A stretch of 64,000 nt of DNA from NCBI GenBank assembly GCA_965250285.1, contig OZ252299.1:6144001-6208000 (forward strand). Direction: 5' to 3'. This document shows, in pieces, positions 1-8,910 of the stretch; position 1 is the stretch's first letter; every line of letters starts with the position of its first letter. Under the pieces are notes generated by a model, which was given only the letters and a program-made list of their open reading frames with translations, had not been told where the DNA came from and did no database searches. The DNA comes from Myxococcota bacterium (GTDB lineage: Bacteria > Myxococcota_A > UBA9160 > UBA4427). A program made the translations under genes and the position numbers.

Positions 1-1206
1 GGTGAACGAGACGTCGTCGAAGTGCACGTCGATCGGCCCTGCGGGCAGCGGCCGCGCGTCGGGGGCGTCGGCCGTCTCTTCGGGCGCGTCGAGCACCGCG
101 AAGAAGCGCCGCGCCGACGCGAGGTGTTCGATCAGTCGCCCGTGCGCGCGCGCGAGATTCTTGACCGGCTTGTAGGTGGTGGCGAGCACCGTGGCGAACG
201 CGGCGATGTCGCCCGTCGTCAGGCCGAAGCGTCCGCGTAGGACGAGGCCGGTGCCGATCACCAGCACGGCGATGCCGGCCGCGCTGTTCAGCGCTTCGAC
301 GAGCGCGCGCGAGAGCACGCGGCTGCGTGCGACCCGCATGTCGTGGCGAAAGAGTCGGTCGGTCTCGGCATCGAACGACCGGGTCTCGGTGTCTTCGGCG
401 CCGAAGGCCTTGATGATCTTGATGCCGCTCACGATGGCGAGCAGGCGCCCGGTGACCTCGCCGAGCTGGCTCTGGCGGCGCTCGGCGCTGCGCTGGATGC
501 GTCGGCCGAACGCGATGACGAGCCAGGCGAGCGGCGGCGCGACGACGAGCGAGAGCAAGGTGAGTGGCACCGAGATGTACAGCAGCGTGCCGACGCCGAT
601 CACGAGCATCGTCAGGCCGAGCAGGATCTGCTGGAAGACGAGATCGAGTGCGCCGGCCGCGGCGTCGGTGTCGGCGAGGGCCCGCGTCAGCGTGTCGCCC
701 GAGCGTGCGTCGACATGTGCGGCCAAGGGCAGTCGCAACAGCTTGCGCGCAACGTCGCGCTTCAGGTCGATGGCGATGTGCGCGAGCGCGTACTCGGTCA
801 GATACGTGCGGCCAAAGAGCGCGATCGGCGTCAGCACGACGATCACGAGCGCCGCGAGCAGCAGCTGGGCGAGGGCTTCGGTGACCGACCCGGGCGGGCG
901 CCCGCCCGCGGCCTCGGACGGCGCGAGCCACTCGGCCAGGCGCACATGGAGCCCGGCCGCGACGTCGGTGTCGGGGGCCGGGGGGCCCTGCGCGGCGCTC
1001 GGCGGCGCCGAGGTCTCGACGACGGGGATCAGCACGCCGTCGAGGAGGGGCTTGGTCAGGTAGGCGCGGCCGTAGCGGCCCGCCGAGAACACGATCGTGC
1101 ACGCGAACGCGATCAGCAGCAGTGCGAGAAAGGGCCTCGCCCAGGCGAGCAGCCGACGCAGGGTGGCGACGTTGCCGGCCGCGACCTGCGGCGTGGCGCC
1201 GGCCAT
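1..1206 (-). CDS. ABC transporter permease/ATP-binding protein, MsbA-like (3' part outside window)
   Basis: Not in ORF track. ATG at 1206 overlaps the stop of the upstream gene (TGATG). Reads MAGATPQVAAGNVATLRRLLAWARPFLALLLIAFACTIVFSA..., hydrophobic TM segments, and reaches the NBD start (DVHFDDVSFT) at the window edge. Confidence 0.8.
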   Translation of the reverse strand, partial: MAGATPQVAAGNVATLRRLLAWARPFLALLLIAFACTIVFSAGRYGRAYLTKPLLDGVLIPVVETSAPPSAAQGPPAPDTDVAAGLHVRLAEWLAPSEAAGGRPPGSVTEALAQLLLAALVIVVLTPIALFGRTYLTEYALAHIAIDLKRDVARKLLRLPLAAHVDARSGDTLTRALADTDAAAGALDLVFQQILLGLTMLVIGVGTLLYISVPLTLLSLVVAPPLAWLVIAFGRRIQRSAERRQSQLGEVTGRLLAIVSGIKIIKAFGAEDTETRSFDAETDRLFRHDMRVARSRVLSRALVEALNSAAGIAVLVIGTGLVLRGRFGLTTGDIAAFATVLATTYKPVKNLARAHGRLIEHLASARRFFAVLDAPEETADAPDARPLPAGPIDVHFDDVSFT

Positions 1207-2603
1207 CAGCCCAGCTCGTCGGCCAGCGCGTCGCCGCCGCGCCATCCGAGCAGCAGGTCGCCCTCGACGCCGAGACCGGCGACGCTGGCGCGATCGAGTC
1301 TAAACACCCGAGCCTTCGCATCGAGACGCAGGTCGACTTCGGTGGGCCAACCCTCGCTGCCGACCGGGTCTTCGAGCCAGTCGTCATCGTCCCATCGCGG
1401 CGCCTTGATCTCGCGCTGCTCGAGTCGGCCCTCGCTGAACGGCATCAGCTCGTGGATGCGTTCGAGCATCTCGTCCCGCGCCTCGACCTCGCTGGTGCCG
1501 TCGGGCACGCGCATCCGGGCGACGAGATCGACGCTCGCGCCGCCGTCCGGGTCGGGGCTCGCGTTGAGGGTCATCAGGCGATCGCTCGGCCCGGCCGCCC
1601 CGGGTTCGCGGAGCATCACGACGCGCGGGCACATGCCCTGGGGCAGCAGCTCGGGCGTCGTGCGCAGGTGCAGCCGCGCGCGGTTCGCGTGGGGTCTCGG
1701 CGCCCCGAGCAGCGATTTCGCGAGCTTCGGCTCGAGCAGCGGCGCGAGCGCGCTCGGCGGTGCGCCGACGACGAGCATGCGCGCGACCCACAGCTCGCCC
1801 GACTTCGTCTGGCGCACGGCGGGGTCGCCGTTCAGCGAAACGAACTCGAAGTTCTGGCCCAGGGTGCGGAACTCGCCGTAGACCGACTCGACGCGTCGGC
1901 GCAGCAGGCCGTGCAGCCAGGGCGGCGCATCCTGGAAGCCCGCGCCGCCCGCGAGGCCTGCGCCGACGAGTCGCGCGCGGGCTTCGGGCGAGGGCGCGGT
2001 GAGGCCGAGGTTCGACATCGAGGTCGAGAGCGCATCGAGGAGCGGCGCGAGCGCGGGCTCGGGCTGTGCGAGCTCGCTCGGCAGCCCGCGAACGGACGCG
2101 CCGCTCGCGGTCAGGCGCGGCCGTCCGATGCGGCGCGCGAGCCGCACGACCGGGCTGTCGAGCATGACCTCGCGTTCGGCCTCGCTCGCCTCGACCATGC
2201 GTCGGCTGAGCGTGCCGGCCTGCTCACGATCGCAGAAGCCCCAGGCCACCAGCTCGCGCGCCGTGACGCCCGGCCCGCCGAGGTCGAAGCGCACCTTGGG
2301 CGACACCACCTGCAGGGCCACGCGTTCGTTCGCGATTCGGCGCTGGTCGATGAGCGGCACCTTGAGGTCGCGCAGCAGCAGGTCGACGACGCCCTCGTCG
2401 CGGACGCCCGTGAGGCAGAACGGCTCGCGCAGGGCCGGGTGCAGCGCGGCGGTGCGATCCTCTTCGACGACGAGGGTGCGGTGGCCGGCGAGGCCGAGTC
2501 GGATCGCGGCGACCAGCGACGAGATGCCGCTGCCGAGCACGATGGCGTCCCAGCGGCGGGCCCGGTGGTGCTCGGCCTGGGGGAGGGCGGGAAGGCCAGC
2601 CAT
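1206..2603 (-). CDS. FAD/NAD(P)-dependent oxidoreductase, phytoene-dehydrogenase-like fold
   Basis: N-terminal Rossmann-like WDAIVLGSGISSLVAAIRLGLAGHRTLVVEE; C-terminal GLGVEGDLLLGW; translationally coupled to the downstream ABC gene. Confidence 0.6.
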   Translation of the reverse strand: MAGLPALPQAEHHRARRWDAIVLGSGISSLVAAIRLGLAGHRTLVVEEDRTAALHPALREPFCLTGVRDEGVVDLLLRDLKVPLIDQRRIANERVALQVVSPKVRFDLGGPGVTARELVAWGFCDREQAGTLSRRMVEASEAEREVMLDSPVVRLARRIGRPRLTASGASVRGLPSELAQPEPALAPLLDALSTSMSNLGLTAPSPEARARLVGAGLAGGAGFQDAPPWLHGLLRRRVESVYGEFRTLGQNFEFVSLNGDPAVRQTKSGELWVARMLVVGAPPSALAPLLEPKLAKSLLGAPRPHANRARLHLRTTPELLPQGMCPRVVMLREPGAAGPSDRLMTLNASPDPDGGASVDLVARMRVPDGTSEVEARDEMLERIHELMPFSEGRLEQREIKAPRWDDDDWLEDPVGSEGWPTEVDLRLDAKARVFRLDRASVAGLGVEGDLLLGWRGGDALADELG

Positions 2604-2724
2604 CCAACGCTCCTCTCTCTTGGCTATTGGGCTCGTTTCTTCGACTCGCTTCCCTGTGCGGCACGATGGGCTGCGGCCGTCGCACCGGCGTGGTCGTGAG
2701 CGTCGCGCGGTCGAGGCTGAACCG

Positions 2725-3837
2725 CTACTCGGCCCTCATGCACCCGGGATCGATGACCATCGCGGGCTCGCCGTCCTGGCGGCGTTCGATCACGCCGATC
2801 TTGTAGGCGCGCTCGCCGAGCCCCTGCAGTCGCTGGATGACGTCTTCTTCGTCATCGGCTGCGACGACCAGGATCATGCCGATGCCGCAGTTGAACACGC
2901 GCAGCATCTCGCTCTCGGGCAGCTCGCCCGCCTCGCGGATCCAGCCGTAGACCCCCGGGCGCGGCCAGGCCTCGGTGTCGATGCGGGCCGTGACCGTCGC
3001 GGGCAGAATGCGGGGCACATTGCCCTCGAAGCCCCCGCCGGTCACGTGGACCATCCCGTGCACGGTGAAGTCGCGCAGGACGTTGAGCAGCGGCTTCACG
3101 TAGATGCGCGTCGGCGCCAGCAGCTCGCTCGCCACCGAGCCCTTGAGCAGCGGATGCTCGCCGAACAGCTCGACCTTGCCGGCGGCGATGCTCGCGTCGA
3201 GCACGCTCCGCACCAGCGAGTAGCCGTTCGAGTGGAAGCCGCTCGAGGCGATGCCGATCAGCGCATGCCCCTCGCTGATCGTCGAGCCATCGATCACGCC
3301 GTCGCGTTCGACCACGCCGACGCTGAAGCCGACCATCTCGAGTTCGCCTTCGCCGTACATGCCGGGCATGGTCGCGGTCTCGCCGCCGAGCAGCGCGCAA
3401 CCGGCGCGCTTGCAGCCCTCGGCGAGGCCCCGGAGGGCGTCGGCTGCTCGCGCCTTGTCGAGCTTCCCCATGGCGAGGTAGTCGAGAAAGATGATGGGCT
3501 CGGCGCCCTGCACGATGAGGTCGTTCACGACCATGGCGACGCAATCGATGCCGACCGTGTCGTAGCGGCCGATCTGCTGGGCGAGCTTGAGCTTGGTGCC
3601 CACGCCGTCGGTCGCCGCGACGAAGATCGGCTCCTTGTAACGCTCGGGCGCCTTGAACATCCCAGCGAAGCCGCCGATCGACGACAGCACCTCGGGCCGG
3701 AACGTCGAGCGCGCGATCCCCTTCACGTCGTCGATGAACGACTCGTCGTGGTCGAGGTCGACGCCCGAGGCTGCGTAGGCCGGCGCGGTCGAGGGGTTCG
3801 TCGTCTCGGAGTCTTCGCGGGGGTCGTCGGAGGGCAC
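2725..3837 (-). CDS. purM: Phosphoribosylformylglycinamidine cyclo-ligase (AIR synthetase)
   Basis: YAASGVD, GGFAGMF, TDGVGTK, GGETATMPG, SSGFHSNGYSL, HVTGGG, FNCGIGM motifs. GTG start at 3837 preferred over the track's 3915. Confidence 0.95.
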   Translation of the reverse strand: MPSDDPREDSETTNPSTAPAYAASGVDLDHDESFIDDVKGIARSTFRPEVLSSIGGFAGMFKAPERYKEPIFVAATDGVGTKLKLAQQIGRYDTVGIDCVAMVVNDLIVQGAEPIIFLDYLAMGKLDKARAADALRGLAEGCKRAGCALLGGETATMPGMYGEGELEMVGFSVGVVERDGVIDGSTISEGHALIGIASSGFHSNGYSLVRSVLDASIAAGKVELFGEHPLLKGSVASELLAPTRIYVKPLLNVLRDFTVHGMVHVTGGGFEGNVPRILPATVTARIDTEAWPRPGVYGWIREAGELPESEMLRVFNCGIGMILVVAADDEEDVIQRLQGLGERAYKIGVIERRQDGEPAMVIDPGCMRAE

Positions 3838-3843
3838 GCGGCA

Positions 3844-3873
3844 TGGATAGGGGACCGGCAGCGAGGCTGTCAA
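3844..3873 (-). promoter_or_regulatory. Candidate sigma70 promoter of purM
   Basis: Minus strand TTGACA (3873-3868), 18-nt spacer, TATCCA (3849-3844), 6 nt before the GTG start. Confidence 0.4.
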
Positions 3874-3997
3874 TCTCCGCGGTGCCGCTGGGCCTCGGGG
3901 CTTCTCCTGGGCCATGCGCGCTTCAGCGCGACGAGGGCCGCCGGGTTGCGCAAATGGCGCGCCGCCGGGCTGCTAGCATCGCTCGGATGGGACGGCG

Positions 3998-4735
3998 ATG
4001 AGTTCGGCGGATGCCATCGCGGTGGTGATCCCCGCGCTCGACGAGGCCGAGAGGGTCGGTCGCGCCGTGGCGAGTGCGCTCGAGGGGGCCACGGACGGGC
4101 CGGCTCGCGAAACGGGCGAAACCGCAGAGACCGAGGGGCTTCGCGATTTCGTGGACGTGTGGGTGGTCGACGGCGGCAGCCGCGACGCCACCGTCGCGGA
4201 GGCGCGCCGGGCCGGCGCCCGCGCGATCGCAGTCGAGGCGGGTCGGGGCCGGCAGCTCGACGCGGGCTGGCGAGCGACGTCGGCCGACGTCGTGCTCTTT
4301 CTGCACGCCGATACGCGACTGCCGCCGCGCTGGCGCGAGGGCGTCCGATCGGTGCTCGAGGATGTGACGGTGGCCGGCGGCGCCTTCCGGTACGGCGTCG
4401 ACGAGCGCGGCGCGGCATGGCGCTTGCTCGAATGGGGAGTGGCTTTGCGGGTGGGTCTGTTCAAACTGCCCTATGGCGATCAGGCGATCTTCGTCCGCCG
4501 CCGCGTGCTCGCGGCGGCCGGGGGAGTGCCCCACGTGGCGATCCTCGAGGATCTGGACCTCGTGCGCCTGATCAAGCGCCATGGCCGGCTCGCGATGTTG
4601 CCCCAGTCGGTCACGACGTCGGCGCGACGCCACCGCGGCCAGTGGCTGGCCACGCTCTCGCGCCATGCGCTCGCGCTCGCGGGCTTCTTTCTCGGCGTCG
4701 ACCGGGCGTGGCTCGCGCGGAGGGTCCGACCGTGA
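3998..4735 (+). CDS. Glycosyltransferase family 2 (TIGR04283-like)
   Basis: VVIPALDE, VVDGGSRDAT, GRGRQLDAG, LFLHADT, LPYGDQAIF, EDLDL, TTSARR motifs. Confidence 0.85.
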   Translation: MSSADAIAVVIPALDEAERVGRAVASALEGATDGPARETGETAETEGLRDFVDVWVVDGGSRDATVAEARRAGARAIAVEAGRGRQLDAGWRATSADVVLFLHADTRLPPRWREGVRSVLEDVTVAGGAFRYGVDERGAAWRLLEWGVALRVGLFKLPYGDQAIFVRRRVLAAAGGVPHVAILEDLDLVRLIKRHGRLAMLPQSVTTSARRHRGQWLATLSRHALALAGFFLGVDRAWLARRVRP

Positions 4736-6606
4736 CCGCCGCAACCGCTCCGGCCCCCGTGCGCTCGGCCGCCGAGACCGGCGACTCGCCGGTTCGTCAC
4801 GCCCTGCGGCGGCTCTCGGTCTACCTCGTCCGCAACCAGCGCTACTACGCGCTCTGGGCGGTGACCGTGCTCGCCTACGTCGCCTGCTTCGTCGCGGCGC
4901 CGCTGCTGACGGGTTGGGCGATCGACGGGGCGGTCGATCCCGCGGTGACGGCGGCCGAAGTCGCCCGTCGCTGCGCCGCACTGTTCGCCGTGGCCGTATT
5001 GACCGGCGTGTTCCGCTTCTTCTCGAGAGCGCTCGTGTTCGATGCGGCGCGCGAGGTCGAGTACGAGCTGCGCAACGACCTCTTCGCCCACCTGCAGCGC
5101 CTGCCTCAGTCGTTCTACTTTCACTGGCGCACGGGCGACCTGATGAGCCGCTGCGTGAACGACCTGAACTCGGTTCGCATGTTGCTCGGTCCCGCGCTGC
5201 TCTCGGCCATGCAGACGCCGGTGCTGTTCACGGCCGTCATCGTCGCCATGTGCTCGATCAACGTGAAGCTCGGCGTCCTGGTGCTCGTGCCGTATCCGCT
5301 CTTCATCTTCATCGCGCGGGCTTTCGGGACGCAGATGCATGCGCGCAGCCTCGCGGCCCAGGTCGGTCTCGCCGATCTCTCGAATCAGGTGCAGGAGGCC
5401 GTCTCGGGGATCGGCGTCGTCAAGGCCTATGCGATGGAGGCCGAGCAGACGCGCCGCTTCGAGCGCGCGAACCAGAACGTGCTCGACCGCAACCTCGCGC
5501 TCGTCGTGATCAACGCGCTGATGCCCGCGATCACCGGTCTGCTGCCCGGCCTCGCCATGGCGATCGTGCTGCTGGTCGGCTTCGTCGAGTTCGAGGCCGG
5601 TCGCATCAGCGAAGGCGGCTTCTTCACCTTCGCGATGTACGTGTTCGCGCTGACGTTCCCCACGTTCATCCTCGGCTGGGTGTTCGGGTTGCTGCAGCGC
5701 GGTGCGGCCTCGATGCAGCGCATCGACGAGATCCTGTCGGTCGAGCCGGCGATTCGCGATCACGAAGAGGCGGCCGAGGTGACCGACCTCTCGGGCGAGA
5801 TCGAGTTCAAGGGGCTCACCTTCACCTATGACGGCGTCGAAGGGGATGGCACCCGCGAGGCGGCGCTCGCCGACGTGAGCCTGCACGTCGAAGCGGGCAG
5901 CAGCATCGGCATCGTCGGCCCGGTCGGGTCGGGCAAGACGACGCTCGCCTCGGTGATCCCGCGGCTGTTCGAGGTCGGCGATGGCGAGGTGTTCCTCGAC
6001 GGCGTCGACATCAATCGCATTCCGCTCGAGACGCTGCGCCGCAGCATCGCGATGGTGCCGCAGGATGCCTTCCTCTTCTCGATGAGCCTGGCTGACAACG
6101 TCGCGTACGGTCTGCCGCCCGGCGCGAGCGAGGCGCAGGTGCGCGAGGCCGCCGATCGAGCGCAGCTCACCAAGGACGTGACCGATCTGCCTCAGGGCTT
6201 CGAAACGCTCGTCGGTGAGCGTGGGGTGATGCTCTCGGGGGGGCAGCGGCAGCGTACGGCGCTGGCCCGGGCGCTCGCGCTGCGTCCGTCGATCCTGATC
6301 CTCGACGACACGTTGTCGGCCGTCGACGCCGAGACCGAGTCGGCGATTCAAGAGGGGCTCGCGGAGCTCTTCGATGGACGCACCGTCGTCGTCGTCGCGT
6401 CGCGCGTCAGCACGGTGCGCGACTGCGATCAGATCGTGGTGCTCGACGAGGGCCACATGGTCGAGCTCGGCAATCACGACCAGCTGATGGCGCGGGATGG
6501 ACTCTACGCACGGCTCGCGAGCGAGCAGGCCGAAGAAGAACGCCGCGAGCAGCGCGCCGCCCGCCGTGATGGCGGCCCCGGACTGGACGGGGGCTCGCCT
6601 TCATGA
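4732..6606 (+). CDS. ABC exporter permease/ATP-binding subunit (MdlA-like)
   Basis: GTG overlaps GT2 stop (GTGA). TM domain, RTGDLMSR, Walker A GPVGSGKT, signature LSGGQRQR, degenerate Walker B LILDDTLSAVD. Confidence 0.88.
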   Translation: MTAATAPAPVRSAAETGDSPVRHALRRLSVYLVRNQRYYALWAVTVLAYVACFVAAPLLTGWAIDGAVDPAVTAAEVARRCAALFAVAVLTGVFRFFSRALVFDAAREVEYELRNDLFAHLQRLPQSFYFHWRTGDLMSRCVNDLNSVRMLLGPALLSAMQTPVLFTAVIVAMCSINVKLGVLVLVPYPLFIFIARAFGTQMHARSLAAQVGLADLSNQVQEAVSGIGVVKAYAMEAEQTRRFERANQNVLDRNLALVVINALMPAITGLLPGLAMAIVLLVGFVEFEAGRISEGGFFTFAMYVFALTFPTFILGWVFGLLQRGAASMQRIDEILSVEPAIRDHEEAAEVTDLSGEIEFKGLTFTYDGVEGDGTREAALADVSLHVEAGSSIGIVGPVGSGKTTLASVIPRLFEVGDGEVFLDGVDINRIPLETLRRSIAMVPQDAFLFSMSLADNVAYGLPPGASEAQVREAADRAQLTKDVTDLPQGFETLVGERGVMLSGGQRQRTALARALALRPSILILDDTLSAVDAETESAIQEGLAELFDGRTVVVVASRVSTVRDCDQIVVLDEGHMVELGNHDQLMARDGLYARLASEQAEEERREQRAARRDGGPGLDGGSPS

Positions 6607-8513
6607 GCAGCTACATCCAGGAAGAAGAGGCCCTCGGCAAGGTCTACGACAGTCGGCTCATCGGTCGACTCTGGCACTACATCGCGCCCTATCGCTGGCA
6701 GGTGGCGATCACGATCGGGATGGTGGCGCCGATGTTCGCGCTGGAGCTGGCGCCGGCATGGATCGTGAAGTCGGGCCTCGAACGCCTGCTCACGCCCGAG
6801 GCGGTCGAACCCGGCCGCCTCGACTGGCTCCTGCGGCCGCCGATGGAGCCGCCCTGGGGCATCTGGCTCGGCGTCTGGACGGCGCTGCTCTACATGGCCG
6901 TGTCGCTCACGAGCGCCGCCCTGCAGCTGCTGCACATGATCATCATGGCGCGCACGGGCCAGTCTGCGATGCGCGATTTGCGCAGCGACGTCTTCGCCAA
7001 GATCCAGTCGCTTCACATGGGCTTCTTCGACAGCTACCCGGTGGGGCGGTTGGTCACACGTACGACGAACGACGTCGAGAACATCGCCGAGATGTTCTCG
7101 GCCGGCATCGTCGCGCTGGTGACCGACGTCGTGAAGATGATCGGCTTCATGATCGCGCTGTATCTCGTCGATGCGACGCTGGCGCTGTGGACGTTCGCGG
7201 TCATTCCGTTCCTGGCCTTCGCGGCGATCGTGTTTCGGCTGAAGGTGCGCGAGGCGTTCCGGGCGGTGCGCGTCCGCATCGCGCGCATCAACACGAACAT
7301 CCAGGAAACGATCACCGGCATGAAGGTCGTGCAGCTCTTCACGCGCGAGGAGCGCAACCTGCGCGACTTCGACGAGATGAACGCCGACCACCGCGACGCC
7401 TGGAAGCAGTCGATCCGCTACGACGCGCTGCTCTTCGCCTGCGTCGAGATGGCGAGCGGCATCACGGTCGCGGTCATCATCTGGAAGGGCACCGGGCTCG
7501 CCGAGCCCGGCGTGCTCTACGTGTTCATCGACTGGATGCGACGCTTCTTCATGCCGCTGCGCGATCTGTCGGCCAAGTACTCGGTGATGCAGTCTTCGAT
7601 GGCGTCGGCCGAGCGCATCTTCCAGCTGATGGATACCGACGTCGCGATCGTCGATCCACCGGCCGATCGCGCCGTGTCGCGGGGCCCTGGCTCCGAGCCG
7701 ATCCCGGGCACCGTGGCCGTGGGTGCGACGGCCGCCGCGCCGGGGCGCGGCGCCGTGCGCTTCGAGAACGTCTGGTTTGCGTACCAGGGCGAAGAGTGGG
7801 TCTTGCGCGATCTCAGCTTCGAGGTCGCACCGGGCGAGAAGGTCGCGTTCGTCGGCGCGACGGGTGCCGGCAAGACGACGATCATCAATCTGCTCTCGCG
7901 CTTCTACGAAGTGACACGCGGGCGCATCACGATCGACGGCGTCGACATTCGCGACATGCCGCAGCGCGAGCTGCGGGGCCGAGTCGCGACCGTGCTGCAG
8001 GACGTCTTCATGTTCTCGGGCTCGATCCGCGACAACATCGCGCTCGGGCGCACCGATCTGGCCGACGCGGACGTCGAGCGAGCCGCCCGGGCCGCCGAAG
8101 CACATCGCTTCATCGAGCGGCTGCCCGAGGGATACGCGACCCAGGTGCGCGAACGCGGCAGCAACTTCTCGTCGGGGCAGCGCCAGCTGCTCTCGTTCGC
8201 GCGCGCCCTCGCGCACGGGGGTGACGTGCTGGTGCTCGACGAGGCGACCAGCTCGATCGATCGCGAGACCGAGGCGCTGATCCAGAAGGGGATCCACACC
8301 CTGATGGAAGGGAAGACGGCGCTCGCCATCGCGCATCGGCTGTCGACGATCCGCGACGTCGATCAGATCTACGTGCTCGACGGCGGCCAGCTCGCCGAGT
8401 CGGGCCATCACGAAGAGCTGATGGCGCGCGGGGGGCTCTACCGCACGCTCTACGAGCTGCAGGCCGAGACCGAGGGCGCCGCGAGCGCCGAGCCGCTGCC
8501 GGCGAGCGCCTGA
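6603..8513 (+). CDS. ABC exporter permease/ATP-binding subunit (MdlB-like)
   Basis: ATGA overlap; PVGRLVTRTTND, Walker A GATGAGKT, FSSGQRQ, VLDEATSSID, IAHRLST. Heterodimer partner of the upstream gene. Confidence 0.9.
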   Translation: MSSYIQEEEALGKVYDSRLIGRLWHYIAPYRWQVAITIGMVAPMFALELAPAWIVKSGLERLLTPEAVEPGRLDWLLRPPMEPPWGIWLGVWTALLYMAVSLTSAALQLLHMIIMARTGQSAMRDLRSDVFAKIQSLHMGFFDSYPVGRLVTRTTNDVENIAEMFSAGIVALVTDVVKMIGFMIALYLVDATLALWTFAVIPFLAFAAIVFRLKVREAFRAVRVRIARINTNIQETITGMKVVQLFTREERNLRDFDEMNADHRDAWKQSIRYDALLFACVEMASGITVAVIIWKGTGLAEPGVLYVFIDWMRRFFMPLRDLSAKYSVMQSSMASAERIFQLMDTDVAIVDPPADRAVSRGPGSEPIPGTVAVGATAAAPGRGAVRFENVWFAYQGEEWVLRDLSFEVAPGEKVAFVGATGAGKTTIINLLSRFYEVTRGRITIDGVDIRDMPQRELRGRVATVLQDVFMFSGSIRDNIALGRTDLADADVERAARAAEAHRFIERLPEGYATQVRERGSNFSSGQRQLLSFARALAHGGDVLVLDEATSSIDRETEALIQKGIHTLMEGKTALAIAHRLSTIRDVDQIYVLDGGQLAESGHHEELMARGGLYRTLYELQAETEGAASAEPLPASA

Positions 8514-8910
8514 GCGCGGCCCGACCCCGCCGGGCGCAGCCGCGCCGCACGGCCCGGGCGAGGGGAAAGACCCTCTCTGCGTGAGCGGGGTCACCTGCGA
8601 ACGCCGTCTCGCCGCAAGCCTGCGAGATCGAAGCCTTCTCGGCGCATTCGCGTTGCGGCCGCCCCCGCCGGAGTGGTACCAATTCGGCACCCCCTAACCG
8701 CGTTCGAGGCTTCCGGTGCGCCTCGATCTCGGTCCCCGTATTCGACGACCGGTTTCGAGCGAGTGGAGGCCCCCACACCGGGCCGACGGTCGCCCGAGCC
8801 AGCACAAGGCACCGGCGCCGACCCGCACAGATGGGGTGCGGTGCAGGCGGACGGGCCGCGCTCGAGCGTCATCGCGCGCGAGGGCGGGGCCCGAAACGGG
8901 GGGCGCCTCT

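Noticed and set aside
1999..4731. 1535-aa ORF 1999..6606 as a giant fusion
   Set aside because: The 5' part is antisense to the oxidoreductase and purM and off-frame over GT2; only 4732-6606 is coding.
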